Assembly (NCBI GenBank): GCA_027459645.1
Contig: DAIDHQ010000021.1
Coordinates: forward strand, 14,151 to 78,150
DNA: 64,000 bases
From: Vulcanimicrobiota bacterium
GTDB taxonomy: Bacteria; Vulcanimicrobiota; Vulcanimicrobiia; Vulcanimicrobiales; Vulcanimicrobiaceae
Direction of reading: 5' to 3'
The first letter of the stretch is position 1; each line of letters begins with the position of its first letter. The notes beneath the pieces are model-generated. The model saw nothing but the letters and a program-made list of their open reading frames with translations, was not told where the DNA came from and did no database searches. Shown here one piece after another: positions 18,446 to 28,431 of this stretch. Made by a program: the position numbers and the translations under genes.

Positions 18446-19610
18446 GCTTGCCATCACATTCGCCGGGGTTGCCGCGACCGCGGTCGCCATCGCCGGCTGC
18501 GCGTCCGGTGGAACGAACCAGACGATCTCGGTCGGGCCGACGTTCCCGTCGCAGAGCCTCTATGCTTCGAACTCCACGCAGAATGCCGTTAGCATCTATC
18601 CGCTCGGACTGGCGACGACCGGACCTGCGTATCAGATCGGCGGCAGCAACACGAACTTCGGCGGACCGCAGTATCTGACGTTCGATAGCCAATCGGATCT
18701 GTTCGTGACGAATTGGGCGTCGAGCGCGCACAACGGTACGATCGTCGAAATCAAGGCGCTCGCGACGGGCAACGTTCTTCCATACAATCTCTATTCGTTC
18801 GGTCGCATTCAGCCGCGCGGCATTCAAGACTATCAAGCGACGGTCTCCGGCAGCACGACCAAGCAAGATTTCTTTGCGGTCGCGGTCGTCGATCCGACGC
18901 AGCCGCTCGCTTTCGCAAGCCAATTGCAGCTCTTCCCGTCTATCTTGGGCGCGCCGTTCCAAACGCTCGCCGGGCCGAATACCGGCCTGAACGTTCCAAG
19001 CGGCGTCGCTGTCGATAAGAGCAACAACTTCTACGTGACGAACCTGCAGGGCTCGAACGTGGAGGTCTTTGCCGTGCCGTCACCGTCGCCGACACCGTCG
19101 CCTACGGCCACGCCGACCGCGTCGCCGACGCCGTCGCCCACACCGAGCGGTGCGACCCCGTCCCCGACGCCGACCGTAGCGCCGACGCCGACGCCGATGA
19201 ACATCGCACCGGTCTCGACCATCGGCGGACCGGCAACGGGCATCGGACAGCCGACCGGCATCGCGCTCGACAACAACGGCAACATCTACGTGAGCGATCA
19301 AGCGTCGACGATCTGTGCGTTTACGACCGGCATCTGTGCTGCAGGCGCAACGACGACCCCGGCGATCCTGATGTACCCGCCCAACGCGAGTGGCGCGCCT
19401 ACCCCGACGTATATTGCCGGACCGGCGACCAAGCTCTACGCTCCGACCGACGTGAAGGTCGATTCCTCGGGCAAGATCTACGTGGCCGACTCGACCGCCT
19501 CCGGAGCGGGCGTCATCTACGTCTTTGCTGCGGGCGCGACCGGAAATGTTGCACCGGCAACGACGTTGAGCTCACCGGGATCGGTTATCGGTTTGGCGCT
19601 TTCTCCGTAA
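18435..19610 (+). CDS. Lipoprotein with NHL/beta-propeller-like repeats split by a Pro/Thr/Ser linker
   Basis: AGGAGA RBS then ATG 18435. Lipobox AIAGC. Repeated segments of the type NxIYVxD/FYVTN (FYVTNLQGSNVEVF, IYVSDQAS, IYVADSTA). Linker PSPSPTPSPTATPTASPTPSPTPSGATPSPTPTVAPTPTP. Confidence 0.75.
   Translation: MLRRLAITFAGVAATAVAIAGCASGGTNQTISVGPTFPSQSLYASNSTQNAVSIYPLGLATTGPAYQIGGSNTNFGGPQYLTFDSQSDLFVTNWASSAHNGTIVEIKALATGNVLPYNLYSFGRIQPRGIQDYQATVSGSTTKQDFFAVAVVDPTQPLAFASQLQLFPSILGAPFQTLAGPNTGLNVPSGVAVDKSNNFYVTNLQGSNVEVFAVPSPSPTPSPTATPTASPTPSPTPSGATPSPTPTVAPTPTPMNIAPVSTIGGPATGIGQPTGIALDNNGNIYVSDQASTICAFTTGICAAGATTTPAILMYPPNASGAPTPTYIAGPATKLYAPTDVKVDSSGKIYVADSTASGAGVIYVFAAGATGNVAPATTLSSPGSVIGLALSP
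19077..19197 (+). repeat. Low-complexity CCG/ACG/TCG-rich coding repeat (Pro-Thr-Ser linker)
   Basis: About 120 nt of reiterated ccgtcgcc/gacgccg units encoding the PT/PS linker. Confidence 0.7.
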
Positions 19611-19724
19611 TCGAGGATCATCGTTCGCACGCACGCCGATCGCCTTAGTGCGCTAACGCACCTCGCGGACGCGACGACGCCCGAAGCTAAGGCTTCGGCG
19701 ATCGCGAGCGGCGCCCTGACGTGC

Positions 19725-22244
19725 GTGCCAGGTTCGGTTTCGACCGCGTTGCTCTTTACGGAGGACGCGGTCGTTTCCGTTACCGATCCGAGCGGTACGC
19801 GAGGCTTCGCGCTGCGCGACGGATCGTCCGAGCTTCGGCGGCTCTTTCTGCACGCGTTGGCGCGCTTTGGCGAAGGCGGCGTTTCTTACGTCCCCCGCGA
19901 GGCGCAACGCGCGTTCGTCGGCGTCAGCTCAACGATCGCCGAACGCGACTTACTCTTTGCGCCGATGATTGCCGGCGGACGAACGCTGGGCGTCATCGCG
20001 CTGATGCTCGAGGGCGATCCGGGCGACGAGGCGCGGCGCGAACTGGCGCTGTTTTGCTCCGTCGCGACGAGCATCGTCGATCAGCAGCGTGCGTTGGTTG
20101 CGGCGCGGCGGCAGTCGCGCGACAGCCAGTTGCTCGCGATGGTCAACGAGCGCCTCCACAAATCGCTCGACCGGCGCGACGTGCTCTTCGGAATCGTCGA
20201 AGGCGTGCGCTCGGCGTTTTCAGCCGACCGCTGCTTCGTCTACGAGCGCCTTCCCGACGGCGAACACGCGGCGGTCGCGGCGGCGGCAGTGCACGGCGGT
20301 GCATCCGGGGCGCCGCGAACGGCCGTCGCTCTCGACGCCGACCTGCGCAAAGTCTTCGGCGGTCTCACCGTGCGCCGGGACGAGCTGGACGGCAACGACA
20401 TCTACGGCGCGGGCGCGCGCAGCGCCATGGCGCTTCCCTTCGTGGTCGACGGCCGGGTCGAGGACGTGCTCGTGCTCTCGTTCGACCGCCCTCGCGGTTT
20501 CGACGACGCGGATCTCGCGGCGCTTCGATCGCTCGCCTTCCACGTCGGCCTCGCACTCTCGAATGCGCGGCTGTACGAACGCGAACGGGCCCGTCGCGCG
20601 CAGGCCGAATCGCTCGAGCGCGTCGTGCGCATTTTGCGCGATACGCAATACGTCGACGAAGTTCTGCTGGTTTTTGTCGTGACGGTGTCGCACGAGTTGC
20701 CGATCGACTGCGCCGCGTACGCTCTCGAAGGCGATCAATTGACACGTCGCGCGTCGCGCGCGCGAGAGACTCGCGGAAGCGAGCCTGCCGCGTCGGTCGA
20801 TCGTGCGCTGCTGGAACCGTTTCTCGTGGTCGACGAACCTTCCGACGCGTCGCTCTTGCCGCGCGCCGCGCGCGACGCGCTTTTCGACGGCCGCGGCGGC
20901 GTCATTATTCCGTTACGGCTCGAAGGCGCGTTGTGGGGATGCTTTCTCGTTCGCGGGATCGAGAGCGGGTTGGATTGGCCGCCCGAAGAACGAGCGACGT
21001 TTTTCCGCACGCTGGGTTCGCATTTGGAGATTGCGCTCGCCAACGCGCACGCGTACGAACGAGAGTTGCGGCGCGCGCAGGAGCGCGAAATGCTCGCCGA
21101 AGCCGCGCGCAGCATCCTCAGCCACACCGAAATCGGATCGCTCGCAGACGTTATGTCCCGTTTGGCCGGCTCGATCGTGCATGCCGATCGCTCGTGCGTG
21201 CTGCGCTGGAACGGCGAGCATTATGCGGTCGTGGGCTCCTACGGCGAAGGCGTCGCCGAAACGATCGATCAAAGCGGGATCGATCTCGTGCACCGCGCCG
21301 AACGGTTTCCGACGCTCGTGGGCGACGAACGGCGCGTTCAGCGGCTGATCGACGGCCCCGGATACGTCGTCATCCCGCTCACGCAAACGGCGGGCGGAAG
21401 CGGCAGCGAAGCGATCGACGCGTTCTTGCTGGTCGGTCGCGACGCCAGCGAACGCTTCTCGCGCGACGAGCTGCGCATCATGCAGGAATTGGGCGCGCTG
21501 CTTTCCCTTGCGCTGCGCAATTTGGAACTGTACGAAGCGATGGGCGTCGCCAATCGCGCGCTGCAAGAGTCCAGCGGCTTCAAAGACGATCTGCTCGCGA
21601 TGCTCGCGCACGACTTCAAAGGACCGCTGACCGTCATCCTGGGCTATTGCGAATTGCTCATGGAGACGAGCGAAGATCAGCGCGAAGAGATCGAGACGAT
21701 CTATTCGCAGACGCGACGGCTCGTGCGGCTCTCGGAAGACGCGCTCGTACTCGCGCAAACCCAAGCCGAAGGCTTTTCGCTGGCGCGAACGATCGTCGAT
21801 TTGGGATCGTTCGTCGCAGAGTGCGCCGAGGCAACCGCTCCGAACAATCCGCGGTTACACATTGATGCGGGCACCGATCGCCTCGCGGTGGAACTCGATC
21901 CCAACCGCTTCCGCCACGTGATGGACAACCTCGTTTCAAACGCTCTCAAGTACTCCACGGAACGCGTGGACGTCAAGGTGCGGCGAGAACGCGATCGCGC
22001 GCTCATCGAGGTGAGCGACCGCGGGATCGGCATCCCGGAAGGCGAGCTGAGCATGCTCTTCAGCCGGTTCGGGCGGGCAAGCAACGCCCGCGACAAGGGC
22101 TTCAGCGGGTCCGGCATCGGTCTCTACGTGGCCCGGAAAATCGTGGAAGTCCACGGCGGCTCGATCTCGGTCGATTCGAAGGAGAATGAGGGGTCGACTT
22201 TTGTCGTGACCCTTCCGATCCACGAAGCAAGCGGAATCCGCTAG
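19725..22244 (+). CDS. Cytoplasmic multi-GAF sensor histidine kinase (839 aa)
   Basis: Several GAF-like segments, a HisKA H-box ([17 protein letters not shown]) and HATPase_c ([35 protein letters not shown]). No TM segment and no adjacent response regulator. Confidence 0.88.
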   Translation: MPGSVSTALLFTEDAVVSVTDPSGTRGFALRDGSSELRRLFLHALARFGEGGVSYVPREAQRAFVGVSSTIAERDLLFAPMIAGGRTLGVIALMLEGDPGDEARRELALFCSVATSIVDQQRALVAARRQSRDSQLLAMVNERLHKSLDRRDVLFGIVEGVRSAFSADRCFVYERLPDGEHAAVAAAAVHGGASGAPRTAVALDADLRKVFGGLTVRRDELDGNDIYGAGARSAMALPFVVDGRVEDVLVLSFDRPRGFDDADLAALRSLAFHVGLALSNARLYERERARRAQAESLERVVRILRDTQYVDEVLLVFVVTVSHELPIDCAAYALEGDQLTRRASRARETRGSEPAASVDRALLEPFLVVDEPSDASLLPRAARDALFDGRGGVIIPLRLEGALWGCFLVRGIESGLDWPPEERATFFRTLGSHLEIALANAHAYERELRRAQEREMLAEAARSILSHTEIGSLADVMSRLAGSIVHADRSCVLRWNGEHYAVVGSYGEGVAETIDQSGIDLVHRAERFPTLVGDERRVQRLIDGPGYVVIPLTQTAGGSGSEAIDAFLLVGRDASERFSRDELRIMQELGALLSLALRNLELYEAMGVANRALQESSGFKDDLLAMLAHDFKGPLTVILGYCELLMETSEDQREEIETIYSQTRRLVRLSEDALVLAQTQAEGFSLARTIVDLGSFVAECAEATAPNNPRLHIDAGTDRLAVELDPNRFRHVMDNLVSNALKYSTERVDVKVRRERDRALIEVSDRGIGIPEGELSMLFSRFGRASNARDKGFSGSGIGLYVARKIVEVHGGSISVDSKENEGSTFVVTLPIHEASGIR

Positions 22245-22281
22245 AGAAACTTTACTCCCTGGAGAACGTTACACCCCCGAT

Positions 22282-24948
22282 ATGGCATTCCTGAAGACGC
22301 TCTTTGACGGCAACGAGCGCGAAATTTCCCGGCTTCGACGCACCGCCGAACGCGTCAACGCTCTCGAACCCGAGTTCGGGGCGCTTAGCGACGACGCTGT
22401 ACGCGCAAAAACGCAGGAGTTTCGCGACCGCCTGAGCGCGGGCGAAACCCTCGACGACCTGTTGCCCGAGGTCTTCGCCGTCGTGCGCGAAGCGGGCAAA
22501 CGCGTGCTCAACATGCGGCACTTCGACGTGCAGATCATGGGCGGCCAGATCCTCTACGAAGGACGCATCTCCGAGATGAAGACGGGTGAAGGCAAGACGC
22601 TCGTCGCGACGCTGCCCGTGTATGCGCGTGCGCTGGAAGGCCGCGGCGTTCACGTCGTCACCGTCAACGATTATCTGGCCCGCCGCGACGCGGAGTGGAT
22701 GGGACCGCTCTATCAATTCCTCGGGCTGACCGTAGGCATCATCCAACACGATCTGACGCCGCCCGAACGGCGCCAGCAGTACGCGTGCGACGTGACCTAC
22801 GTGACGAACAACGAGGTCGGTTTCGACTATCTGCGCGACAACATGGCGTGGCAGATGGAAGATCTCGTTCAACGCGAGCTCTACTTCGCGCTCGTCGACG
22901 AAGTCGATTCGATTCTCGTGGACGAAGCCCGCACGCCGCTCATCATCAGCGGCCCGTCGCAAGAGTCGACGGAACTCTACGAAAAGTTCGCGCAGATCAT
23001 CCCGCGTCTGAAGAAGGAAGACGACTATACCGTCGATCAGAAGGCGCACGCCGTTCCGATCACGGAAGCGGGCGTCGCAAAGGTCGAAAAGATGCTCGGC
23101 ATCTCGAACCTTTACGACCAGCGCAACATCGAACTCGCGCACCAGCTCAACGCCGCGCTAAAGGCGTGGAATCTGTTCCATCGCGATCAGCAGTACATCG
23201 TCAAGGACGGCGAAGTCATCATCGTCGACGAATTTACCGGACGCTTGATGCACGGCCGGCGTTATTCGGACGGCATCCATCAAGCGATCGAAGCAAAGGA
23301 AGGGATCAACGTCAAAGGCGAGGATCAGACGCTCGCGACGATTACCTTCCAGAACTTGTTCCGTTTGTACGACCATTTGGCCGGTATGACCGGTACCGCC
23401 AAGACCGAAGAGCGCGAGTTCCGCGACATCTACGGTTTGGATGTCGTCGTGATTCCGACCAACCGTCCGATGGCGCGCAAAGATCATTCGGACATCGTCT
23501 ATAAGTCGGAGAAAGCCAAATTCGACGCGGTCGTAAACGAGATCATCGAGGAGCACCACAAGGGGCGCCCCGTTCTCGTCGGCACCCGTTCGATCGAAAA
23601 GAGCGAATTGCTCGCAGCGATGCTGCGCCGTAAGGGCGTCGAATGCAACGTTCTCAACGCGAAGTACCACGAGCAGGAAGCCGAAATCGTCAAGGACGCC
23701 GGTCAAGACGGTCAAGTGACGATTGCAACCAACATGGCAGGCCGCGGTACCGACATCAAACTCGGTGAAGGCGTGGCCCAAAAGGGCGGCTTGCACATCA
23801 TCGGTACCGAGCGCCACGAATCGCGGCGTATCGACAACCAGTTGCGCGGACGCTCCGGCCGTCAGGGCGACCCGGGCTCGACGCGTTTTTACATTTCGCT
23901 CGAAGACGAAGTAATGCGCCTCTTCGGCGGCGATCGCATGACCAATATCATGGATCGCGTCGGTTTTACCGACGAGCAGCCGATCGAATCCGGCCTCGTG
24001 ACCAAATCGATCGAGCGCGCGCAGAAGAAGGTCGAAGCGCACAACTACGAGATCCGCAAACACGTCCTCGAATACGACGACGTTATGAACAAACACCGCG
24101 AAACGATTTACGCGGACCGGCGTGCGATTCTGGAAGGCACGTTCGACTCGCGCGGGTTCATGATTCAGTCGCTCGAAGACAAGATCGACGAAGCCGTCGA
24201 CCAAAACGCTCCGGAGAACGCGCATCCGAGCGAATGGGACTACGACGAGATGCTCAACATGGTCGAACAGGTCTTCCCGATCAAGGAAGACGTTGGCGCC
24301 GACGATCTGCGCGGCAAAGATCGCGACGAAGTGCGGCGCATCCTGCGCGAGCACGCGATCGCGGCGTACGAGGAGAAGGAACAGGAAGTAACGCCGGAGA
24401 TCCTGCGCATCGTCGAACAGCGCTACCTGTTGCTTCCGATCATCGACCGTCAGTGGGTCGATCATCTCTACGTGATGGACCACTTGAAGACCGGTATCGG
24501 CTTACGCGGATACGGTCAAAAAGATCCGCGCGTCGAGTACGAAAAGGAAGCCTACGAAATTTTCGAGTCGTTGAAGAACAACATCGCCGACGAAGCGGTC
24601 AAAGGCGTCTTCCGCGTGCAGATCGAGCATGGGCCGCCGCCGGGAGACGGTGAAGGGCCGCAAGGCGGAAGCGGAACGCCGGCAGCGATGCCTTCGTTCG
24701 AGCAGATTCCTTCGGGCGCGATGGTGCCGCAAGCGGCGTCCTCCGGCAGCCGGTTGTCGCCGCAGGAAGCGGAGCAATTACTCGGACCGATGCCGGGCGT
24801 AAGCCGGCGGCCGCAGCAGATTCATACGAACCTGGGCGATGGCGAGCCCGCGAAGCCGGCCCGCGCGGAAGCCAAGGTCGGCCGCAACGACCCGTGCCCG
24901 TGCGGCAGCGGAAAGAAATATAAGAAATGCCACGGCGTCGACGCATAA
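22282..24948 (+). CDS. secA: Preprotein translocase ATPase SecA
   Basis: [14 protein letters not shown] Walker [20 protein letters not shown] and a C-terminal zinc finger [14 protein letters not shown]. Confidence 0.97.
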   Translation: MAFLKTLFDGNEREISRLRRTAERVNALEPEFGALSDDAVRAKTQEFRDRLSAGETLDDLLPEVFAVVREAGKRVLNMRHFDVQIMGGQILYEGRISEMKTGEGKTLVATLPVYARALEGRGVHVVTVNDYLARRDAEWMGPLYQFLGLTVGIIQHDLTPPERRQQYACDVTYVTNNEVGFDYLRDNMAWQMEDLVQRELYFALVDEVDSILVDEARTPLIISGPSQESTELYEKFAQIIPRLKKEDDYTVDQKAHAVPITEAGVAKVEKMLGISNLYDQRNIELAHQLNAALKAWNLFHRDQQYIVKDGEVIIVDEFTGRLMHGRRYSDGIHQAIEAKEGINVKGEDQTLATITFQNLFRLYDHLAGMTGTAKTEEREFRDIYGLDVVVIPTNRPMARKDHSDIVYKSEKAKFDAVVNEIIEEHHKGRPVLVGTRSIEKSELLAAMLRRKGVECNVLNAKYHEQEAEIVKDAGQDGQVTIATNMAGRGTDIKLGEGVAQKGGLHIIGTERHESRRIDNQLRGRSGRQGDPGSTRFYISLEDEVMRLFGGDRMTNIMDRVGFTDEQPIESGLVTKSIERAQKKVEAHNYEIRKHVLEYDDVMNKHRETIYADRRAILEGTFDSRGFMIQSLEDKIDEAVDQNAPENAHPSEWDYDEMLNMVEQVFPIKEDVGADDLRGKDRDEVRRILREHAIAAYEEKEQEVTPEILRIVEQRYLLLPIIDRQWVDHLYVMDHLKTGIGLRGYGQKDPRVEYEKEAYEIFESLKNNIADEAVKGVFRVQIEHGPPPGDGEGPQGGSGTPAAMPSFEQIPSGAMVPQAASSGSRLSPQEAEQLLGPMPGVSRRPQQIHTNLGDGEPAKPARAEAKVGRNDPCPCGSGKKYKKCHGVDA

Positions 24949-24970
24949 GCGCGGCGCCGTCAGCGCGCGT

Positions 24971-26332
24971 CTAGCACTCGACGACGCTCACGGCTAGGCC
25001 GCCGAGCGAGGTTTCCTTATACGCCGATTGCATGTCGAGACCGGTGCGGTACATCACTTCGATGACGCGATCGAGCGACACGACGTGATCGCCCGCGTCT
25101 TCCATCGCCATGCGCGCGGCGTGGATCGCCCGGACCGCTCCTACCGCATTACGCTCGATACACGGAACTTGCACCAGTCCGCCGATCGGATCGCACGTCA
25201 TGCCCAGGCTGTGTTCCATCCCGATCTCGGCCGCGTTCTCGACCTGTGCGTTGCTGCCGCCGAGCGCGGCGACCAAGCCGCCCGCCGCCATCGAGCACGC
25301 GACGCCCACTTCGCCCTGACATCCGACTTCTGCACCCGAAATGGACGCATTGGCTTTGTACAAGCCGCCGATTGCGGTCGCCGTCAATAAAAAGCGAACC
25401 TCGCCTTCGCGCGAGGCACCGTCGAGATAGCGGCGATAATAGTGCAGCACGGCGGGGATAACGCCTGCCGCACCGTTCGTCGGGGCGGTAACGACGCGGC
25501 CGCCCGCCGCATTTTCTTCGTTGACCGCCATCGCAATGACGTTGACGTAATCCATCGCCGCGAGCACGTCGTTGCCGCCGCTCATCACACGCCGGTATAA
25601 TCGCGGTGCGCGGCGCCGGACGTTGAGGCCCCCTGGTAAGACTCCCTCGGTCTCCAATCCCCGCTCGGCGCAGCGGCGCATCGTTTCGAGAATACGATCG
25701 AGGTACGAATCGGTCTCCGAGCGCGTTCGCAGCGCGTCTTCATTTGCCAGCACGATCTGCCAGACCGCTTGACGTTCGTGGCCCGCGATCGCCAGCAATT
25801 CGGCCGCAGACGTAAAGGCGTGCGGCACGGCTGCCTGCGTCGCACCTTCACTCGCGCCGCCTTCGGTTATGACGAAACCGCCGCCGATCGATGCATAGAG
25901 ACGCTCGAGGAGCACCGTTCCATCGGCGGCTTCCGCGACGACGCGCATGCAGTTGGCGTGCATCGGCAAGACTTCACGTACCCGCCATACGATGTCGCGC
26001 GTCTCATCGAAGGCGATGCCGTGCACGCCGGCGACGCGCAACGGGTCGCCGCCTCGAATCTGCGCCACGCGCTGCTCGGCCTCATTGGGCTCGATGCCGT
26101 CCGGACGATGCCCTTCCAGGCCTAGAAGTAATGCTCGGTCGGTCCCGTGCCCGCGTCCCGTCAACGCAAGCGAGCCGTAGAGATCGACGGCGATGCGCTC
26201 CACGCGCTCGATCGCGCCCGCGAGGCGCAGCTCTTCCACGAACATGTTGCACGCGCGCATCGGACCGACCGTGTGCGAGCTGGACGGGCCTAAGCCTACC
26301 TTGAAGAGATCGACGAGGGACGTGTAGGGCAC
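24971..26332 (-). CDS. sdaA: L-serine ammonia-lyase, iron-sulfur dependent, single-chain form
   Basis: [19 protein letters not shown]-terminus with fused beta and alpha domains ([18 protein letters not shown]). Confidence 0.93.
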   Translation of the reverse strand: MPYTSLVDLFKVGLGPSSSHTVGPMRACNMFVEELRLAGAIERVERIAVDLYGSLALTGRGHGTDRALLLGLEGHRPDGIEPNEAEQRVAQIRGGDPLRVAGVHGIAFDETRDIVWRVREVLPMHANCMRVVAEAADGTVLLERLYASIGGGFVITEGGASEGATQAAVPHAFTSAAELLAIAGHERQAVWQIVLANEDALRTRSETDSYLDRILETMRRCAERGLETEGVLPGGLNVRRRAPRLYRRVMSGGNDVLAAMDYVNVIAMAVNEENAAGGRVVTAPTNGAAGVIPAVLHYYRRYLDGASREGEVRFLLTATAIGGLYKANASISGAEVGCQGEVGVACSMAAGGLVAALGGSNAQVENAAEIGMEHSLGMTCDPIGGLVQVPCIERNAVGAVRAIHAARMAMEDAGDHVVSLDRVIEVMYRTGLDMQSAYKETSLGGLAVSVVEC

Positions 26333-26354
26333 GATGCAGCAGCTACGCGCGCGC

Positions 26355-27227
26355 TCACAAATTCACCTCTGGTATGCGTTGCGGCTGCGCACGGTGCGGC
26401 CGAGCGAGCGGAATCAGCGTCCCGCCCCCGTTCTGCGCTGCGCCACTGACGAGCGCTCCGCCGAGGTCGACGTTGTAAGCGGTCGCGCTGACGTCGACGC
26501 CTTGACCGTTGTCGCGCATCGTCGTGCTGATCTCGCCGCCGTTACCGTTGTCGCAGGTCACTTGCAGAGAACCGTCGCCGTTGCGCTGGACGATTTCCCC
26601 GTTGCCCAGATCGATCGTTTGTCCGGGCTGGATGGTGTACTGGTTACCGTTTTCCGCGATCGTCGCATTGCCGGCATTGTCCAGCGAAACGTTGGTACCG
26701 CCGTAGTTCGTCGTCACCGTCGCCGATTGGTTGTACGTCACGCCGTTCGGCGACGGCGGCGTCGCTTGCGTCGAAACTTGGTAGCCGCCCTGAAACGAAT
26801 CCGAATGCAAGAGATCGGGCTGCGATCCCATGTTGTCCCAATGTGCGCCGTTAAACGACAGATGCGGGTCGCCTACGGACGCGCCGTTCGCGTTGTTGAA
26901 ATACTGCTCGTTGTCGCCGTAAGGGAAGCCTCCGGCGCCGTTTTGTCCGCCCGTGGAGAAGAGACTTTGAAGCAGTTGCATCAAGGTCTGCGCGAGATTG
27001 CCGAAGCCGCCGCCGCCGCCGAACAAACTCAAACCCGGAAACATGAGCGAGAGCGGATTGACCGACAAGCCCGCCGCGTTGACGCTGCCGGGGTTGGCGA
27101 GGCGGCTTATCGTGTCGGTGGGCCGCGCGCCGCCGCTTCCCGGTGGATTTGCACCGAGCGCGCCGGCCAGCGTGCCTGGGAACGGGAGCATCGTTTCGAT
27201 CGGTCTCTCGATAACCGGGTAACTCAT
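26355..27227 (-). CDS. Gly/Asn/Gln-rich hypothetical protein with a GDPH motif (290 aa)
   Basis: No signal peptide and a low-complexity N-terminal third (FGGGGGFGNL, GGQNGAGG). Then VGDPHLSFNGAHWDNMG (GDPH at aa 119-122, nt 26862-26873), followed by an Asn/Gly/Thr-rich beta-like domain. Confidence 0.6.
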   Translation of the reverse strand: MSYPVIERPIETMLPFPGTLAGALGANPPGSGGARPTDTISRLANPGSVNAAGLSVNPLSLMFPGLSLFGGGGGFGNLAQTLMQLLQSLFSTGGQNGAGGFPYGDNEQYFNNANGASVGDPHLSFNGAHWDNMGSQPDLLHSDSFQGGYQVSTQATPPSPNGVTYNQSATVTTNYGGTNVSLDNAGNATIAENGNQYTIQPGQTIDLGNGEIVQRNGDGSLQVTCDNGNGGEISTTMRDNGQGVDVSATAYNVDLGGALVSGAAQNGGGTLIPLARPHRAQPQRIPEVNL

Positions 27228-27323
27228 CGTGTGAACCTCCGTCGTCGTGGTGCCCCTCCATCACGCAGGAGGGGCGCTCCGACAAGGGAGGCACCGGCGA
27301 AGACCGAGAATGGCGGCCACGCT

Positions 27324-28431
27324 ATGAGCGAGACCCAGATAACCACGATCAACCGCTTCGACGAGCGCCTTTCCGCGATCAAGGAGCGTCTTTGACTACG
27401 CTGGCACGACGCGAAAGATAAGCGAGCTCGACGAGCGCTCGCGCGCCGAAGGCTTCTGGAACGATCCCGACGCGGCGCAACGCACCATGAAAGAACTCGC
27501 CGATCTGCGTGAAGAGGCGGGGCGCATGGATGCGGCAGAACGTGCGTTGCGCGACGCGCGCGAAATGCTCGAGCTCTTCGGCGACGATCCTTCGGCTGCG
27601 CCGGAGGTGGACGCGAACATCGAACGAGCCGGCTCGATTCTGGACGAACTAGAAATGGCGGCGAACTTCGACGGGGAGTTCGATTCCCACGGGGCAATCG
27701 TCAGCATCTTCGCGGGCGCCGGCGGCGTGGACGCGGCCGACTGGACGCAGATGCTGCTGCGCATGTACCTCCGGTGGGCGGATCGCAAGGGATTTTCGAC
27801 GCAGATCGTCGACGAATCGCCCGCCGAAGAAGCGGGATTGAAATCGGTCACGTTTTTCGTACGAGGACGCAACGTCTACGGCATGCTGGAAAGCGAACGC
27901 GGCGTGCATCGTTTGGTGCGCCTTTCGCCCTTCGATGCCGCGCATCGCCGCCATACGTCCTTCGCTGCCGTCGACGTCATCCCCGAAATCGAAGCCGGCG
28001 AGAACGTCGACGTGGAAATCAAACCCGACGACATTCGTATCGAAACGTTTAAATCGGGCGGCGCCGGCGGCCAGTACGTCAACAAGACCGAATCCGCGGT
28101 TCGCGTCATCCACATCCCGACCAACACCATCGTCGCCTCGCAGCAAGAACGTTCGCAAGCGCAGAACCGCGAGGTCGCGATGAACATTCTTCGCGCGAAG
28201 CTGGTGCAACGCGCCGCCGAAGAACGCGATGCAAAACTCTCCGAGTTACGCGGCGAGCGGCAAGCGAACGAATGGGGATCGCAGATACGTTCGTACGTCT
28301 TGCAGCCCTATCAACTGGTGAAAGATCACCGCACGAACGTGGAGACCGGCAACGCTCAGGGCGTCCTGGACGGCGACGTCGACCCGTTTATCTGGCCCTA
28401 TCTTCAACAGCGGCGCACGCTTCATGCGTGA
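27324..28431 (+). CDS. prfB: Peptide chain release factor 2, join(27324..27392,27394..28431) via programmed +1 frameshift
   Basis: A 23-codon leader (MSETQITTINRFDERLSAIKERL) ends at CTT TGA C. The +1 frame continues DYAGTTRKISELDERSRAEGFWNDP into the 27487..28431 ORF, which has SPF and GGQ (SGGAGGQYVNKTESAVR) motifs. Confidence 0.93.
27381..27396 (+). promoter_or_regulatory. prfB programmed +1 ribosomal frameshift site
   Basis: aAGGAGcgt CTT TGA C: an internal Shine-Dalgarno-like AGGAG 3 nt before the CUU slippery codon, followed by an in-frame UGA with a 3' C. Confidence 0.9.

Noticed and set aside
19031-19285. Gly/Val/Asp-rich 84-aa minus-strand ORF
   Set aside because: It is simply the reverse complement of the Pro/Thr/Ser linker repeat in the NHL-like lipoprotein gene.
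19721-21865. 714-aa ORF, extremely Arg/Ala-rich, in a plus-strand frame overlapping the histidine kinase gene
   Set aside because: The composition (runs of RRRR, no recognisable domain) is typical of an off-frame shadow ORF in GC-rich DNA. The overlapping frame (19725-22244) has clear GAF, HisKA and HATPase motifs.
26334-27395. 353-aa plus-strand ORF opposite the GDPH-motif gene
   Set aside because: Arg-rich shadow ORF. Only its last 23 codons (from ATG 27324) are real, being the prfB frameshift leader.
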